This document shows, piece after piece, positions 21,720-30,487 of a DNA stretch of 32,000 nt (within the stretch, counting starts at the first letter, position 1; each line of letters starts with the position of its first letter). The DNA is from Trichodesmium erythraeum IMS101 (GTDB lineage Bacteria > Cyanobacteriota > Cyanobacteriia > Cyanobacteriales > Microcoleaceae): NCBI RefSeq assembly GCF_000014265.1, contig NC_008312.1, positions 7,718,109 through 7,750,108 on the forward strand, in the 5' to 3' direction. Both the position numbers and the translations under genes were made by a program. Below the pieces are notes generated by a model. That model saw only the letters and a program-made list of their open reading frames with translations, ran no database searches and had not been told where the DNA came from.

Positions 21720-21962
21720 GGGTAACCATTACGGGGTGAACTACAACACCCATTATCATTATCCCATTACTAAAAGCGTTTGGGAATGCTTTTCGTAATA
21801 TGTTAAACTTCCATTGACATCAGCATTGTATTTGAGACCATTTGAAGCTTTATAAAGTCTTTTTCTCACTCGTTTACCACTCAATCTATATTTGACACCT
21901 TTGTGATAAACTGGTAAATCTTCCAAGTCTAAAAAACTAGCAATTGAAGTCTTATCAAGCAA
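21720..21962 (-). pseudogene. C-terminal remnant of an IS200/IS605-family TnpB (OrfB) transposon-associated nuclease
   Basis: The 67-aa ORF 'IASFLDLEDLPVYHKGVKYRLSGKRVRKRLYKASNGLKYNADVNGSLTYYEK' matches the ..ASFLD....Y.GKR..RGL.....G..INADVNG..NI.RK tail of cyanobacterial TnpB. There is no upstream RuvC or zinc-finger part. The frame breaks after 'LLVMG'. Confidence 0.6.
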
Positions 21963-22254
21963 ATACCTCTTATAGTATAAATACTTACTAAACTGCCGTT
22001 TTTATATTACTTTTAATCCACATTTTATGTTTAAAATATAGCATGAGAGAGAGATTATAATTAATTCAGTATTAATATTTTACAATTCTAGTAGAACGGG
22101 AAAAACAAAAAATTAAGTAGAAATCTTGAGGTATGTCAAGAAAAATGTATGAGAGTTTATATGTAAAAATAACTCTGTCAAATAGGGAAGATATAAAAAT
22201 AAAGAAAAATGTCAGTAAAAATAAAAAATGTGTGACATAAGTTCTAAAACTCCT

Positions 22255-22653
22255 TCAATTTGAATTATCTTGAATTACCCATTTCCATAGAAGATGAGTT
22301 GGTCCTTGATGTTTAATCTGACGTACTTGTTGTTCTAAGCCCTTTTGTTCTTCTGGAGATATACCCCAAAGAATGTTTCTACTTTGCCAAACTAAAATAG
22401 CAGTTGTAGTACCAAGACACAAACCTAGACCAAGAGAAGATAGCCTATTATAAGCCAGAGCGTAACGTACAGAAACCCAGGTAAAATGCTCTACCCATAA
22501 ATGAATTTCTCTGCGTAAACTCCATATACTTAGAGAACCAATACTGATCCAGAGAAACACAGCTATTAACCATCTACAATAGATTTTTAATCTGTAAAGT
22601 CTCTGTACTTGAACTGGTAAAACTGACTCATCTTTACATATTATTCTAGGCAT
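22255..22653 (-). CDS. Hypothetical membrane protein (132 aa, about 3 predicted TM segments)
   Basis: ATG ORF with hydrophobic stretches 'WLIAVFLWISIGSLSIW' and 'LGLGLCLGTTTAILVW'. No family recognised. Confidence 0.5.
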   Translation of the reverse strand: MPRIICKDESVLPVQVQRLYRLKIYCRWLIAVFLWISIGSLSIWSLRREIHLWVEHFTWVSVRYALAYNRLSSLGLGLCLGTTTAILVWQSRNILWGISPEEQKGLEQQVRQIKHQGPTHLLWKWVIQDNSN

Positions 22654-23343
22654 AGATATAAGTGAGAAAAGAAACTGGTTTAACTGCCCATATAAAAAAT
22701 TTAAATAATACTTTACTTTAAAGAATTATCCCTATTGCCAGGAAAAATTTATCCTTTTCTAAAAAATTAGAAAATTATTTGGTAGGTGCAGATCTTATCC
22801 ATTATTTTATCCATTATTATAATGAAGCATTTCATTGGGGGAGATTAAAGATAGAGTAAGTATGGCAACTATATCGCTTTACCCTAATTTTATTGCTATG
22901 TTTACAGGAGTATCGAATTTTTTCTATGTAAGAATAGAAGCTATATCAAATCCGGTAGTATAGGTATAAAAAAAGTATATTATTCCGGGGAAAGTATTAA
23001 ATGCTCTACTATAGCAATTTTATTTAGGTTGTGACAATTTAACAACTAAAAATCTACTCCGAAACTCTTGAGCATTTATTAATTATTGCCCCAAACCCCT
23101 ATCTCAAAAAGCGATAATATTTTGGACCCTAATAAAACAGGATTACTATATACTAACATCTACTTCTTATTATAAATCCGGTTTATAATAATACTTCAAA
23201 GCAAGCAGATTTGATGTTAGTCTAATTTTTTTACTAAAGGTATAAGAGCTAATTTATAGACTTAATATTCTTTATAGATAGGGGTTTTCACATCCTTGTT
23301 CCAGGAGCTGTCATGACGTCCTCTTTTAGCCCTAATTTTCTTC

Positions 23344-25143
23344 CTAATATGGGTTTAACCTCATCCATCTACATTCACCATTTTCCTCGCAATATGGTTT
23401 AATTAAATAAAAATTAGCACCTTGGCGATCGCCTTTATTTGGCCCATCTTTAATAATTTTAACTTTTCCTGTCATCCCTATAAAATCAGTATTTAACAAA
23501 GCATTATTGATTCCTTCTGGTGTAGGAGTTCCTACGCTTTGATGTTGTTGAGAAATTGCTCGAATGAACATTTCAGTCGCATCATAAGATGTGCCAATGC
23601 GCGTGATTAAATAATCCTCTGTCTTCCAAAAACTCTGAAAATTTTTAAATTTTTGATCTGACTCAGAGGGTTCCCAAAATCTTCTAATTATTATGTTATT
23701 CAGTACTGACTTGTCGAATTTTGTCAAAAAATCTGGAGTATACACAGGACTATTACCAATCAGTAAAAAATCTCCTTTATTTTCTTCAATAATTGCTTTA
23801 ACTTGACCTCTTTGGGATTCAGTGTATGCACCCATAAATAAAAAAATAACTGTATTTGTCTCATTACGTAAAGGATTATTTTTGTATCTTTTAAGTGTTT
23901 CTCTCAAATCTAATGGATTTTTTTGAAATAATTCAACCTCTGTAATATTGTCTTTCTGTATCCTTTCTAGGAGTTGTTTTTTTGCTTCAGAAGATGAAGA
24001 AAGAGAAAAAACATCGGTACTATTCCTAAAAATAATTACATTTTTTATTTCTAGATTCTCATTATCAATGTACTTTCTAACTGCATCCATCGCTTCTTTT
24101 GTTGTTCCAATAGTTCTAAAGAAAAATGAAAAATTTAGTTGAGAATTCGACAAATTTTCACTTTTAAATACCTTTTTATAAGTATCTTTTAGGTCTGCTC
24201 TAGTAGAGGTAGCACTTGGTGTAATTTGATTTATTTTAAGTTTATGATATTTATTAATTACATTGATTGTAGCTCTGGAAGAATAATGACCTATAAATCC
24301 TAAAATAGGATTATCTAAAGTAGAATTATAGGTTCCTATTTCGTCAGCTATTTTTTTAGCTTGTTCTCCGTCGTTAGAATCATCAGCCATTAACACTAAT
24401 AATTTCCAATCTTCATTATTATCATCAGATTTATTATTAAACTCCTCTTGTTTCCAAGCTATCCCTCTAAGTATATTCTTACTTACATATCTTAGGGTGT
24501 GACTAAAAGGAATAGCAACACTGATTGCATAGACCTGGTTTCTAGGTAAGTCTCCTTGTTGAATATCTAGCATAACTTTGGCATTATTCAAAGCAATTAA
24601 AAGAGAAGGATCTTTATCTCCATCCTCTCCTTCCCATGCTTCTTTTAAATATTCAACAGCTTGTTTATAATTCCTTTTAGCTAATTCATCTCTCCCACGC
24701 CTTTCTTCTGTTGAAAATGCGCTGTTTACAGGAAAATTAATAGTAATACCTTGCTCTTTTTCACCACAAGTTAAGAACTGAAATTCTGTAGGACAAAGAT
24801 CATAAATACTTTTACTTTTAGGATTATTTTCAGAATTATTTTGAGAAATATTTTGAGGTTGATTTGTATCAATTTTCTTAAATATGTCTAATATTTTCTG
24901 ATATATTACTAATAGAAAAACGAAAAAAAGACAGTAAGGCAAAAAATGTGTAAGCCACCACTTTGGTATTTTATTTCCATGAGTTGAATCAATAGGATTC
25001 TTTAGTGATTCTCGTGTAATTTTCCGAGAAATACTAGCAGGTATTTCAGGCCAAATTTTTTCTAAAGCTTCTATTGATATCGCTACACCAGACTTTCCTT
25101 TTCCTTTTCCATCAACATCAATTTTATGAGTAACTAGACCCAC
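23344..25143 (-). CDS. C-terminal part of a frameshifted gene: trypsin catalytic-Ser segment, TM helix, and LivK-type (PBP type 1) extracytoplasmic ligand-binding domain
   Basis: The frame stays open upstream of the nominal GTG start and reads 'GILRSGYSGAPVYDINKKSVVGLVTHK' (G.SG.P serine motif). TM 'FLPYCLFFVFLLVIY'. PBP1 hallmarks: 'TCGEK', 'NYKQAVEYLKEAW..DPSLLIALNNAKV', 'ILRGIAWKQEEFN', 'LLVLMADDSNDGEQAKKIADEI', 'ILGFIGHYSSRATINV', 'ITPSATS'. Confidence 0.8.
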   Translation of the reverse strand: MGLVTHKIDVDGKGKGKSGVAISIEALEKIWPEIPASISRKITRESLKNPIDSTHGNKIPKWWLTHFLPYCLFFVFLLVIYQKILDIFKKIDTNQPQNISQNNSENNPKSKSIYDLCPTEFQFLTCGEKEQGITINFPVNSAFSTEERRGRDELAKRNYKQAVEYLKEAWEGEDGDKDPSLLIALNNAKVMLDIQQGDLPRNQVYAISVAIPFSHTLRYVSKNILRGIAWKQEEFNNKSDDNNEDWKLLVLMADDSNDGEQAKKIADEIGTYNSTLDNPILGFIGHYSSRATINVINKYHKLKINQITPSATSTRADLKDTYKKVFKSENLSNSQLNFSFFFRTIGTTKEAMDAVRKYIDNENLEIKNVIIFRNSTDVFSLSSSSEAKKQLLERIQKDNITEVELFQKNPLDLRETLKRYKNNPLRNETNTVIFLFMGAYTESQRGQVKAIIEENKGDFLLIGNSPVYTPDFLTKFDKSVLNNIIIRRFWEPSESDQKFKNFQSFWKTEDYLITRIGTSYDATEMFIRAISQQHQSVGTPTPEGINNALLNTDFIGMTGKVKIIKDGPNKGDRQGANFYLIKPYCEENGECRWMRLNPY

Positions 25144-25180
25144 AACTGATTTTTTATTAATATCATAAACGGGGGCACCA

Positions 25181-25660
25181 CTATAACCTGAACGAAGAAT
25201 TCCTTTTTTTTATCTCTAACTTTCCAACTGCAACTTTTTCTGTTACATTCTCTATTATTTGTAATGCTTTTTCTCCATCAACCTCAACTATCATTTCTCC
25301 TCTTATTGTTTGACGACGAAGCGCGTTATTTTGTCCAAAAAGATAATAGCCAGGAATTTTAACTTCTAATTTTTTTCCTTCCTTTCCATCTAAAATCCTT
25401 AAGTTCAAGGATGAAGCTAAAAAAGTTGTATTGATTTTTAAAATAGCTACATCAAAACCTTGAACATCTCCTATTTTTATAACTTCCGCTGGAAGATTAT
25501 TCACCCTTATATTTTCTTCTCCACCCACACCCTCAATAACATGAGCACAAGTAAGCAGATAACTATAATTCTGTTGTTTATGAAATATAAATCCAGTACC
25601 AATAACATTTGCTTTTTTTGCACTTCTGATTAAAACAATAGAATCTTCTAAGTTACTCAT
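25181..25660 (-). CDS. N-terminal part of the same frameshifted gene: trypsin-fold (S1-like) serine protease His/Asp segment, no signal peptide
   Basis: 'IGTGFIF...YLLTCAHVIEG' (His) and 'GFDVAILKI' (Asp). The ORF ends 'EIKKRNSSFRL*' just after an A8 run. The catalytic Ser is encoded in the +1 frame that continues into 23344-25143. Confidence 0.8.
   Translation of the reverse strand: MSNLEDSIVLIRSAKKANVIGTGFIFHKQQNYSYLLTCAHVIEGVGGEENIRVNNLPAEVIKIGDVQGFDVAILKINTTFLASSLNLRILDGKEGKKLEVKIPGYYLFGQNNALRRQTIRGEMIVEVDGEKALQIIENVTEKVAVGKLEIKKRNSSFRL
25204..25211 (-). other. A8 homopolymer (T8 on + strand) at the frameshift junction of the protease-receptor gene
   Basis: With A8 the sequence reads gag ata aaa aaa agg aat tct ... 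tag. Removing one A gives gag ata aaa aaa gga att ctt cgt tca ggt tat agt ggt, i.e. EIKKGILRSGYSG. Confidence 0.85.
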
Positions 25661-25976
25661 TTTCTAACTTTTTAGGTTTCAAAACTAACTTAACTTTTAA
25701 ATTCGTACCCCCCTTTCCTTTAGTAATATAGATGTTACCCTGCCCCTCAAAATTTAAACCTACTTCTACCTCAGCTTGTTCAATTTCCATATCTTTATTG
25801 ATTTCTTGCCAAGCTTCAGCAATAGGACGACTAATACTAATTAATATAGGTTTAATCTGAGCAAAAGCAGATTTAACTCCTTTAATAAAATTAGTAGAAA
25901 TAGTTTCTGATTCATCCTCTGAGGCTCCTGAATAAACTAAAATACCATTTTCTAGTTCAATTAATCTGGTAGCCAT
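25653..25976 (-). CDS. Small trypsin-co-occurring protein (Trypco2-like / 'CU044_2847-like' family, assigned from memory)
   Basis: 107 aa. N-terminal 'LIELENGILVY'. C-terminal 'IEQAEVEVGLNFEGQGNIYITKGKGGTNLKVKLVLKPK' matches the ..evEfGlkl..e.g..i.k.....n.kv.L.w. pattern of small proteins encoded next to trypsin-like proteases. Its stop overlaps the protease start (ATGAGTAA, 25653-25660). Confidence 0.7.
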   Translation of the reverse strand: MATRLIELENGILVYSGASEDESETISTNFIKGVKSAFAQIKPILISISRPIAEAWQEINKDMEIEQAEVEVGLNFEGQGNIYITKGKGGTNLKVKLVLKPKKLENE

Positions 25977-26286
25977 ATATAATTATTATTGCTAAATTTG
26001 ACTTGTATTTTATTGTAGAAGAAATAGAGCCTAAAAATCTTCGTAGTGCACCATTAAAAACTTCGTGGGAATTATTAAGAGCAAATCCGTTGGCCTCGGA
26101 GTTATATAACTCCTATCGTCATTATAAGCCAAAGGCCCTTAGACCTTAGAATATAGACTTACAGCAATGCATGAGGATGGTGAGTTACAACTGACAGCTA
26201 TGAGTAAACCAATTTCTAATATCAGTTAAAGTCACTAAAAATAAAGCATTAACCTTATATATGCCAACACTTGTATAATGAATCAA

Positions 26287-26318
26287 CAAGCTCTAATTAA
26301 AACTTCTATCAGAGCTTG
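26287..26318 (-). terminator. Candidate terminator hairpin downstream of secF
   Basis: caagctct-N16-agagcttg with an 8-bp stem, about 20 nt after the secF stop. The loop is large and the T-tract is weak. Confidence 0.3.
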
Positions 26319-26340
26319 AGTTCTTTAGCTGTATTTATGT

Positions 26341-27327
26341 TTAAACAGTATCCTTTTGACCTTCTATTAACTGTGAATTTTCTTCTAAGGGGTTGGGGAT
26401 AAATTCTCCAATACGCTCACGCCACCAAGCTAAAAGCGTACTAGCAATAAATATACTAGAGTAAGAACCTGCCACAAAACCAATAATTAAAGCCAAAGCC
26501 AAATATTTTAAAGTTTCTCCACCGAATATAAGAATACCAACTAAAGGTAATAAAGTAGTTACAGTGGTATTAATTGACCGTGTTAAAGTTTGATTGACGG
26601 CATCATCAACTATCTGATTAATTGGTTTACCTGGATAGCGCTTAATTACTTCCCGAACTCGGTCGTAAATTACTACTGTATCATTAACAGAAAATCCAAT
26701 AATAGTTAATAGAGCAACCAAAAATAAACTATCTACTTCCACACCGGCGACCAAACCAAGAATTGAGAAAATGCCAACGGTAACTAATATGTCGTGAAAT
26801 AAGGCAACAAAAGCAAATACGGCATAGTCAAACTGAAACCTAAAAGTCAGATATATTGTAATACCAAAAAAAGCAACCAGTAGAGCTGATAGTCCAGAGG
26901 TAAAAATTTGTCGTCCTAAAGTAGGACCGACTGTATCAATTTGAGTAGAATCTGGGTCAAATTTACCAAATTCTGTACTTAAAGCAGTTATTAACTGAGT
27001 TCGAGTATCAACATCTAAAGTTTTTGTGCGTATGTCAATAGCTTCTTTCTCTTCTCCTACAACTTGAATCTTACTGTTAGGGAAACCTTCCTTGCTTATT
27101 ATTTCTCTGACAGCAGCAACTTTGATAGGTTGATTACAGTTATTGGGTATAGTGCAATCTAATTCTAGTTGTAACCGAGTACCGCCAACAAAATCTAAAC
27201 TTGGACGTAAGGGGGCACTAATATCTGGCCGAGTCCAAGAAATGGCCATAGCAATTAAACCACAAAGTATAATAGACCCTGAAATTGTCCACCAAAGCGA
27301 TCGCTGTTTAATAATATTTATCTTCAT
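26341..27327 (-). CDS. secF: Protein translocase subunit SecF
   Basis: 328 aa. '[12 protein letters not shown]', multiple TM segments, '[12 protein letters not shown]' motif. Lies directly downstream of secD. Confidence 0.93.
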   Translation of the reverse strand: MKINIIKQRSLWWTISGSIILCGLIAMAISWTRPDISAPLRPSLDFVGGTRLQLELDCTIPNNCNQPIKVAAVREIISKEGFPNSKIQVVGEEKEAIDIRTKTLDVDTRTQLITALSTEFGKFDPDSTQIDTVGPTLGRQIFTSGLSALLVAFFGITIYLTFRFQFDYAVFAFVALFHDILVTVGIFSILGLVAGVEVDSLFLVALLTIIGFSVNDTVVIYDRVREVIKRYPGKPINQIVDDAVNQTLTRSINTTVTTLLPLVGILIFGGETLKYLALALIIGFVAGSYSSIFIASTLLAWWRERIGEFIPNPLEENSQLIEGQKDTV

Positions 27328-27467
27328 TAAAATCTCCTGATAGCTTCTTTGACCCCTACTTCAACTGGGAGAGGAAAAGAGACATGGTGGTTCCAACAAC
27401 TACCAGTGAAATATTAATTGTATTGATATTCATGTGAGTTTTATAGATGAGTGGGCAATATTTGAGG

Positions 27468-28853
27468 TTACTTTAGTTCTGGACAGAATAATTCTGGTTT
27501 ACGGAATTGAGAAAATCCAATTGTCCAAAACATCAAAGTTCGACTACAAGTCAGGGCGGTAAACATACTTATTGCTACACCAATTCCCAAAGTTAGGGCG
27601 AAACCCTTGACTAAACCAGTTCCTAACCAGAATAGTGCTACGCAAGCAATCAAAGTTGTGACATTACCATCTAGAATACTAGAAAAAGCCCGATAAAAGC
27701 CAGACTCTACAGAACGATATAAAGTTTTGCCAGCTCGTAACTCTTCCCTTGTCCGTTCAAAAATTAAAACGTTGGCGTCTACTGCCATACCAATACTCAG
27801 GATAAAACCAGCAATTCCTGGCAATGTTAAAGTAACCCCCAAGATGGAAAAACTAGCAATGGTAAATAGGGCATAAATAACTAGGGCTACGTCAGCAATG
27901 ACGCCAGGTAGTCTATAGTAAAGAACCATAAATATTAATACCAGAATTAAACCACCTATTCCGGCGTAGACACTACGCTGAATACTATCTCTGCCCAAAG
28001 TGGCCCCAACAGTTCGATTTTCAACTATTTCTACAGAAACAGGTAGAGCGCCACCCCGCAGTTGTACAGCTAGATCATTAGCTTGTTGAGGGGTAAATGT
28101 ACCTTGAATAACTGCACTACCACCAGTAATTCCTGTCTCTGCAAATTCAACACTAACCGTAGGAGCGCTTAATAGTTTATCGTCTAGGAAAATACCGATA
28201 CTACGCCCAGTTCCTGCTAAATTTTTGGTCAATTCAGCAAATTTTTGTCCTCCTTCAGAGGTGAAACGTAAAGCTACATTCCAGTTATTAGACCCAGGAG
28301 CTTCTGGTTCCGCTAAAGCATCTCTGAGGTCTTGGCCTTTAATAATTGCTTCTTTGAATAGTTGGGCGATCGCTTGATTTGTTTTTTCGATAGATTCTAA
28401 ATTTTTTTCTATAGCTTCTTGGTCTTCACTATTTTTAAGTAATTCTTGCTCTACTAATAGTTGTCTCTGTACTTGATATTCAATTGCTAACTGCTGCTCG
28501 GTACTTTGTAACTGTTCTCGAAAGTCAAGTTGAGCTGTCCCTCCTAAAACCCGTTCTGCTTGTTCAGGGTCATTTACTCCTGGTAATTGAACTAAAATTT
28601 GGTCTTGTCCTAAAGATTGAACTACTGATTCTGATACACCTAAAGCATTAACCCTATTTTCAACTATTTTTAGGACTCCTTCCATTACACGTTCGTCAAT
28701 GGTGGGAATTTCCTCAGAGGTTTGTAGTTGAATAGTGAGTTGTGACCCACCTCTGAGATCTAATCCTAAACGAATTGGAATTTGACTTAATACTGTAACT
28801 GATGCGATAACTAGAACTAAGATTAAAGCTATATAAGAATTTTGTCTACGCAT
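27468..28853 (-). CDS. secD: Protein translocase subunit SecD
   Basis: 461 aa. 'LGLDLRGGSQLTIQLQ', large periplasmic domain, C-terminal TM bundle with 'GMAVDANVLIFERTREEL'. Confidence 0.93.
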   Translation of the reverse strand: MRRQNSYIALILVLVIASVTVLSQIPIRLGLDLRGGSQLTIQLQTSEEIPTIDERVMEGVLKIVENRVNALGVSESVVQSLGQDQILVQLPGVNDPEQAERVLGGTAQLDFREQLQSTEQQLAIEYQVQRQLLVEQELLKNSEDQEAIEKNLESIEKTNQAIAQLFKEAIIKGQDLRDALAEPEAPGSNNWNVALRFTSEGGQKFAELTKNLAGTGRSIGIFLDDKLLSAPTVSVEFAETGITGGSAVIQGTFTPQQANDLAVQLRGGALPVSVEIVENRTVGATLGRDSIQRSVYAGIGGLILVLIFMVLYYRLPGVIADVALVIYALFTIASFSILGVTLTLPGIAGFILSIGMAVDANVLIFERTREELRAGKTLYRSVESGFYRAFSSILDGNVTTLIACVALFWLGTGLVKGFALTLGIGVAISMFTALTCSRTLMFWTIGFSQFRKPELFCPELK

Positions 28854-28948
28854 AATTTAATTAAATTAAAGTAGCATTTAGAGGATTGTATTGATAATTA
28901 ATACTAATTTCATCAAATTAAAAATTCACTTATAAATATTTTTATAAA

Positions 28949-28969
28949 CTTGAAATCCCAGATTTCAAG
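28949..28969. promoter_or_regulatory. Perfect 9-bp hairpin in the secD 5' region
   Basis: cttgaaatc-cca-gatttcaag, about 95 nt upstream of the secD start. Its right arm begins the 36-nt direct repeat. Confidence 0.35.
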
Positions 28970-28996
28970 TAATGTGTAGTCTAACTTTAGGAAATT
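28961..28996 (+). repeat. 36-nt direct repeat, left copy
   Basis: 'gatttcaagtaatgtgtagtctaactttaggaaatt' vs 30046-30081 'gatttcaagttatgtttagtttgactttaggaaatt': 32 of 36 positions match by my count. Confidence 0.6.
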
Positions 28997-29592
28997 GGTA
29001 ATATATATGGATATTTTTTTGTATAAGGTCAATATAAATGTTTAAGTCATATAAAAAATATCTAGGCTTTTTAGGGAATGAGCAATAGGGAAGGGTTTAG
29101 TATATTATTTACTTTGCATTTAACCCTTTAAAAAGATGTCGTATAACTTTAACACAAAGAAAGTGATGTCACCAAATTTGTTCATAGTTTTTAGGAATAA
29201 GATAAGTCTTCCCTAATCAATTTCTCAGCCTTATATTTCTGCCCATCCAATTTTGTTTCAAAGCTTGAGTATTCAATTTGAAACCTCACTTTGCAGTAGA
29301 GATGAATTTTGAGATTTTGTCTAAAAAAAAACAAGGGCACTGCCAGTTCAATTAACTCAGAGCAGGTAATTGTTGGATTGGAATTGCTCAAGTATCCTCA
29401 AGTGGATTGATTCTTACAGGGAGAATTGGTAAATATAATGGCCAATGAGATTGGATAACTCATAGTTAATACAGAAGGTAAAACTAACTGTCAATATTGG
29501 CATACCGATAATTGAGTCGGATCTAAAAAAGTTATGCTCCCTGAAATTTAGCATATTATTGCAAAAGACCAGACACAGCAATTAGAGCGAAC

Positions 29593-29916
29593 GTACGGAA
29601 TTGTTGGACAATAGAAGGGTCGATGGCATCCCCGAGATGCAGAAATTTGCTAAGGTTTGGGAGCAGATATTAATAATACTGAGATTAGCGATCGCGGAGC
29701 GTGGGGTCAGCTATATCGCCTATTTCAATTAGATTTGGATTCATACTTCTAAGGACAATACAGCAGGAGAAAGGACAGGTTTAGGGTAATACAGCAACTG
29801 CAGCAGCTATATCAATTCCTAGAACTGGTATGACTTAATTGTCTATCCCACACTTTGCCCTGTGCAAAACCTATGTGTCTAATGGATAGCAATTGTAGTA
29901 GGTAGGTACAGAAATT
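29593..29916 (+). repeat. GC-rich repeat element, copy 2
   Basis: Collinear blocks with copy 1. 'gtacggaatt' (29593-29602) matches 5930-5940. 'aggtttgggagcagatatt' (29653-29671) matches 'aggtttttgtgagcagaagtt' (5993-6013). 'tgtctaatgga' (29876-29886) is identical to 6154-6164. 'ttgtagtaggtaggtacagaaatt' (29893-29916) matches 'ttgttggaggtcagtacggaatt' (6172-6194). Confidence 0.55.
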
Positions 29917-30045
29917 GCTTAACTATATTAATTTTTGTAAACTAACTTCAAGTTTCTCGAAATAGTTGACTTGAGAGGTTATACCAATTTCATAAACTTA
30001 AAACTTCAATTAACTGATCAAAATATTTACAAGTTTGACATCTTG

Positions 30046-30081
30046 GATTTCAAGTTATGTTTAGTTTGACTTTAGGAAATT
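30046..30081 (+). repeat. 36-nt direct repeat, right copy
   Basis: See 28961-28996. Confidence 0.6.
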
Positions 30082-30487
30082 TATATTATTTACATTTTAT
30101 TACATAGCAACAAAGTTTAACTCCTACCTACTTAGGAAGGTTAAAAAACAAAAAGTTGCCCGCTTGAAGGAAAAGCTTAGTAAGCATTAAATTTGCTCCT
30201 CTTCAACACTCAGATTCTGAAAGAATTCAGTAGCTTAGCAAGGTTAGCAAATAAGCAATGTTATTTATATTTCATCATTCCTGGGAGACCAATTCCTGCT
30301 TAGGGTGTGATAATGAGTTAATAACTCATAGCTAAACTGCGAAGTTAGAACTCTGGAGGATAGCTGATAGCTTATAGCTAAATCCTTACAAAGCTTGAAT
30401 CGTTTATGTTATCAAAAAATTTAATTAGTCTTCTTGCTTCTTCTTTCTCTCCTAGATAACTAAAGTCTTCCTCCTTCTTGCTTCCAG

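Noticed and set aside
22795-22818. Tandem 12-mer 'ttatccattatt' x2, with a similar 'tttatccattattat' inside the IS630 relic at 8414-8428
   Set aside because: AT-rich, short and only two units. It may be another sliver of IS630-derived DNA, but the match is too short to call.
27356-27433. 25-codon ORF '[25 protein letters not shown]' in the secD-secF spacer (- strand)
   Set aside because: No Shine-Dalgarno sequence, and very short. Such ORFs are expected by chance. It could only be supported by conservation or ribosome profiling.
29191-29391. 66-aa TTG-start ORF 'NPTITCSEL...LKIHLYCKV...LDGQKYKAEKLI' as a possible TnpB zinc-finger/C-terminal relic
   Set aside because: The pattern match to TSQ.CS.CG...H.C..CG..DRD.NAA.NI needs deletions, and all Cys/Gly pairs are lost. 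There is no ATG and no SD. I keep it as unassigned degenerate DNA.
29600-29760. Frame reading '...VDGIPEMQKFAKVWEQIL...YFN*IWIHTS' resembled the end of an NRPS adenylation domain plus a carrier-protein 'E..LA.IW..vL...FF.LGGHS' motif
   Set aside because: It requires several stops and frameshifts, the spacing is wrong, and the homologous copy at 5930-6194 does not preserve the reading. The resemblance is too weak to call without a translated database search.
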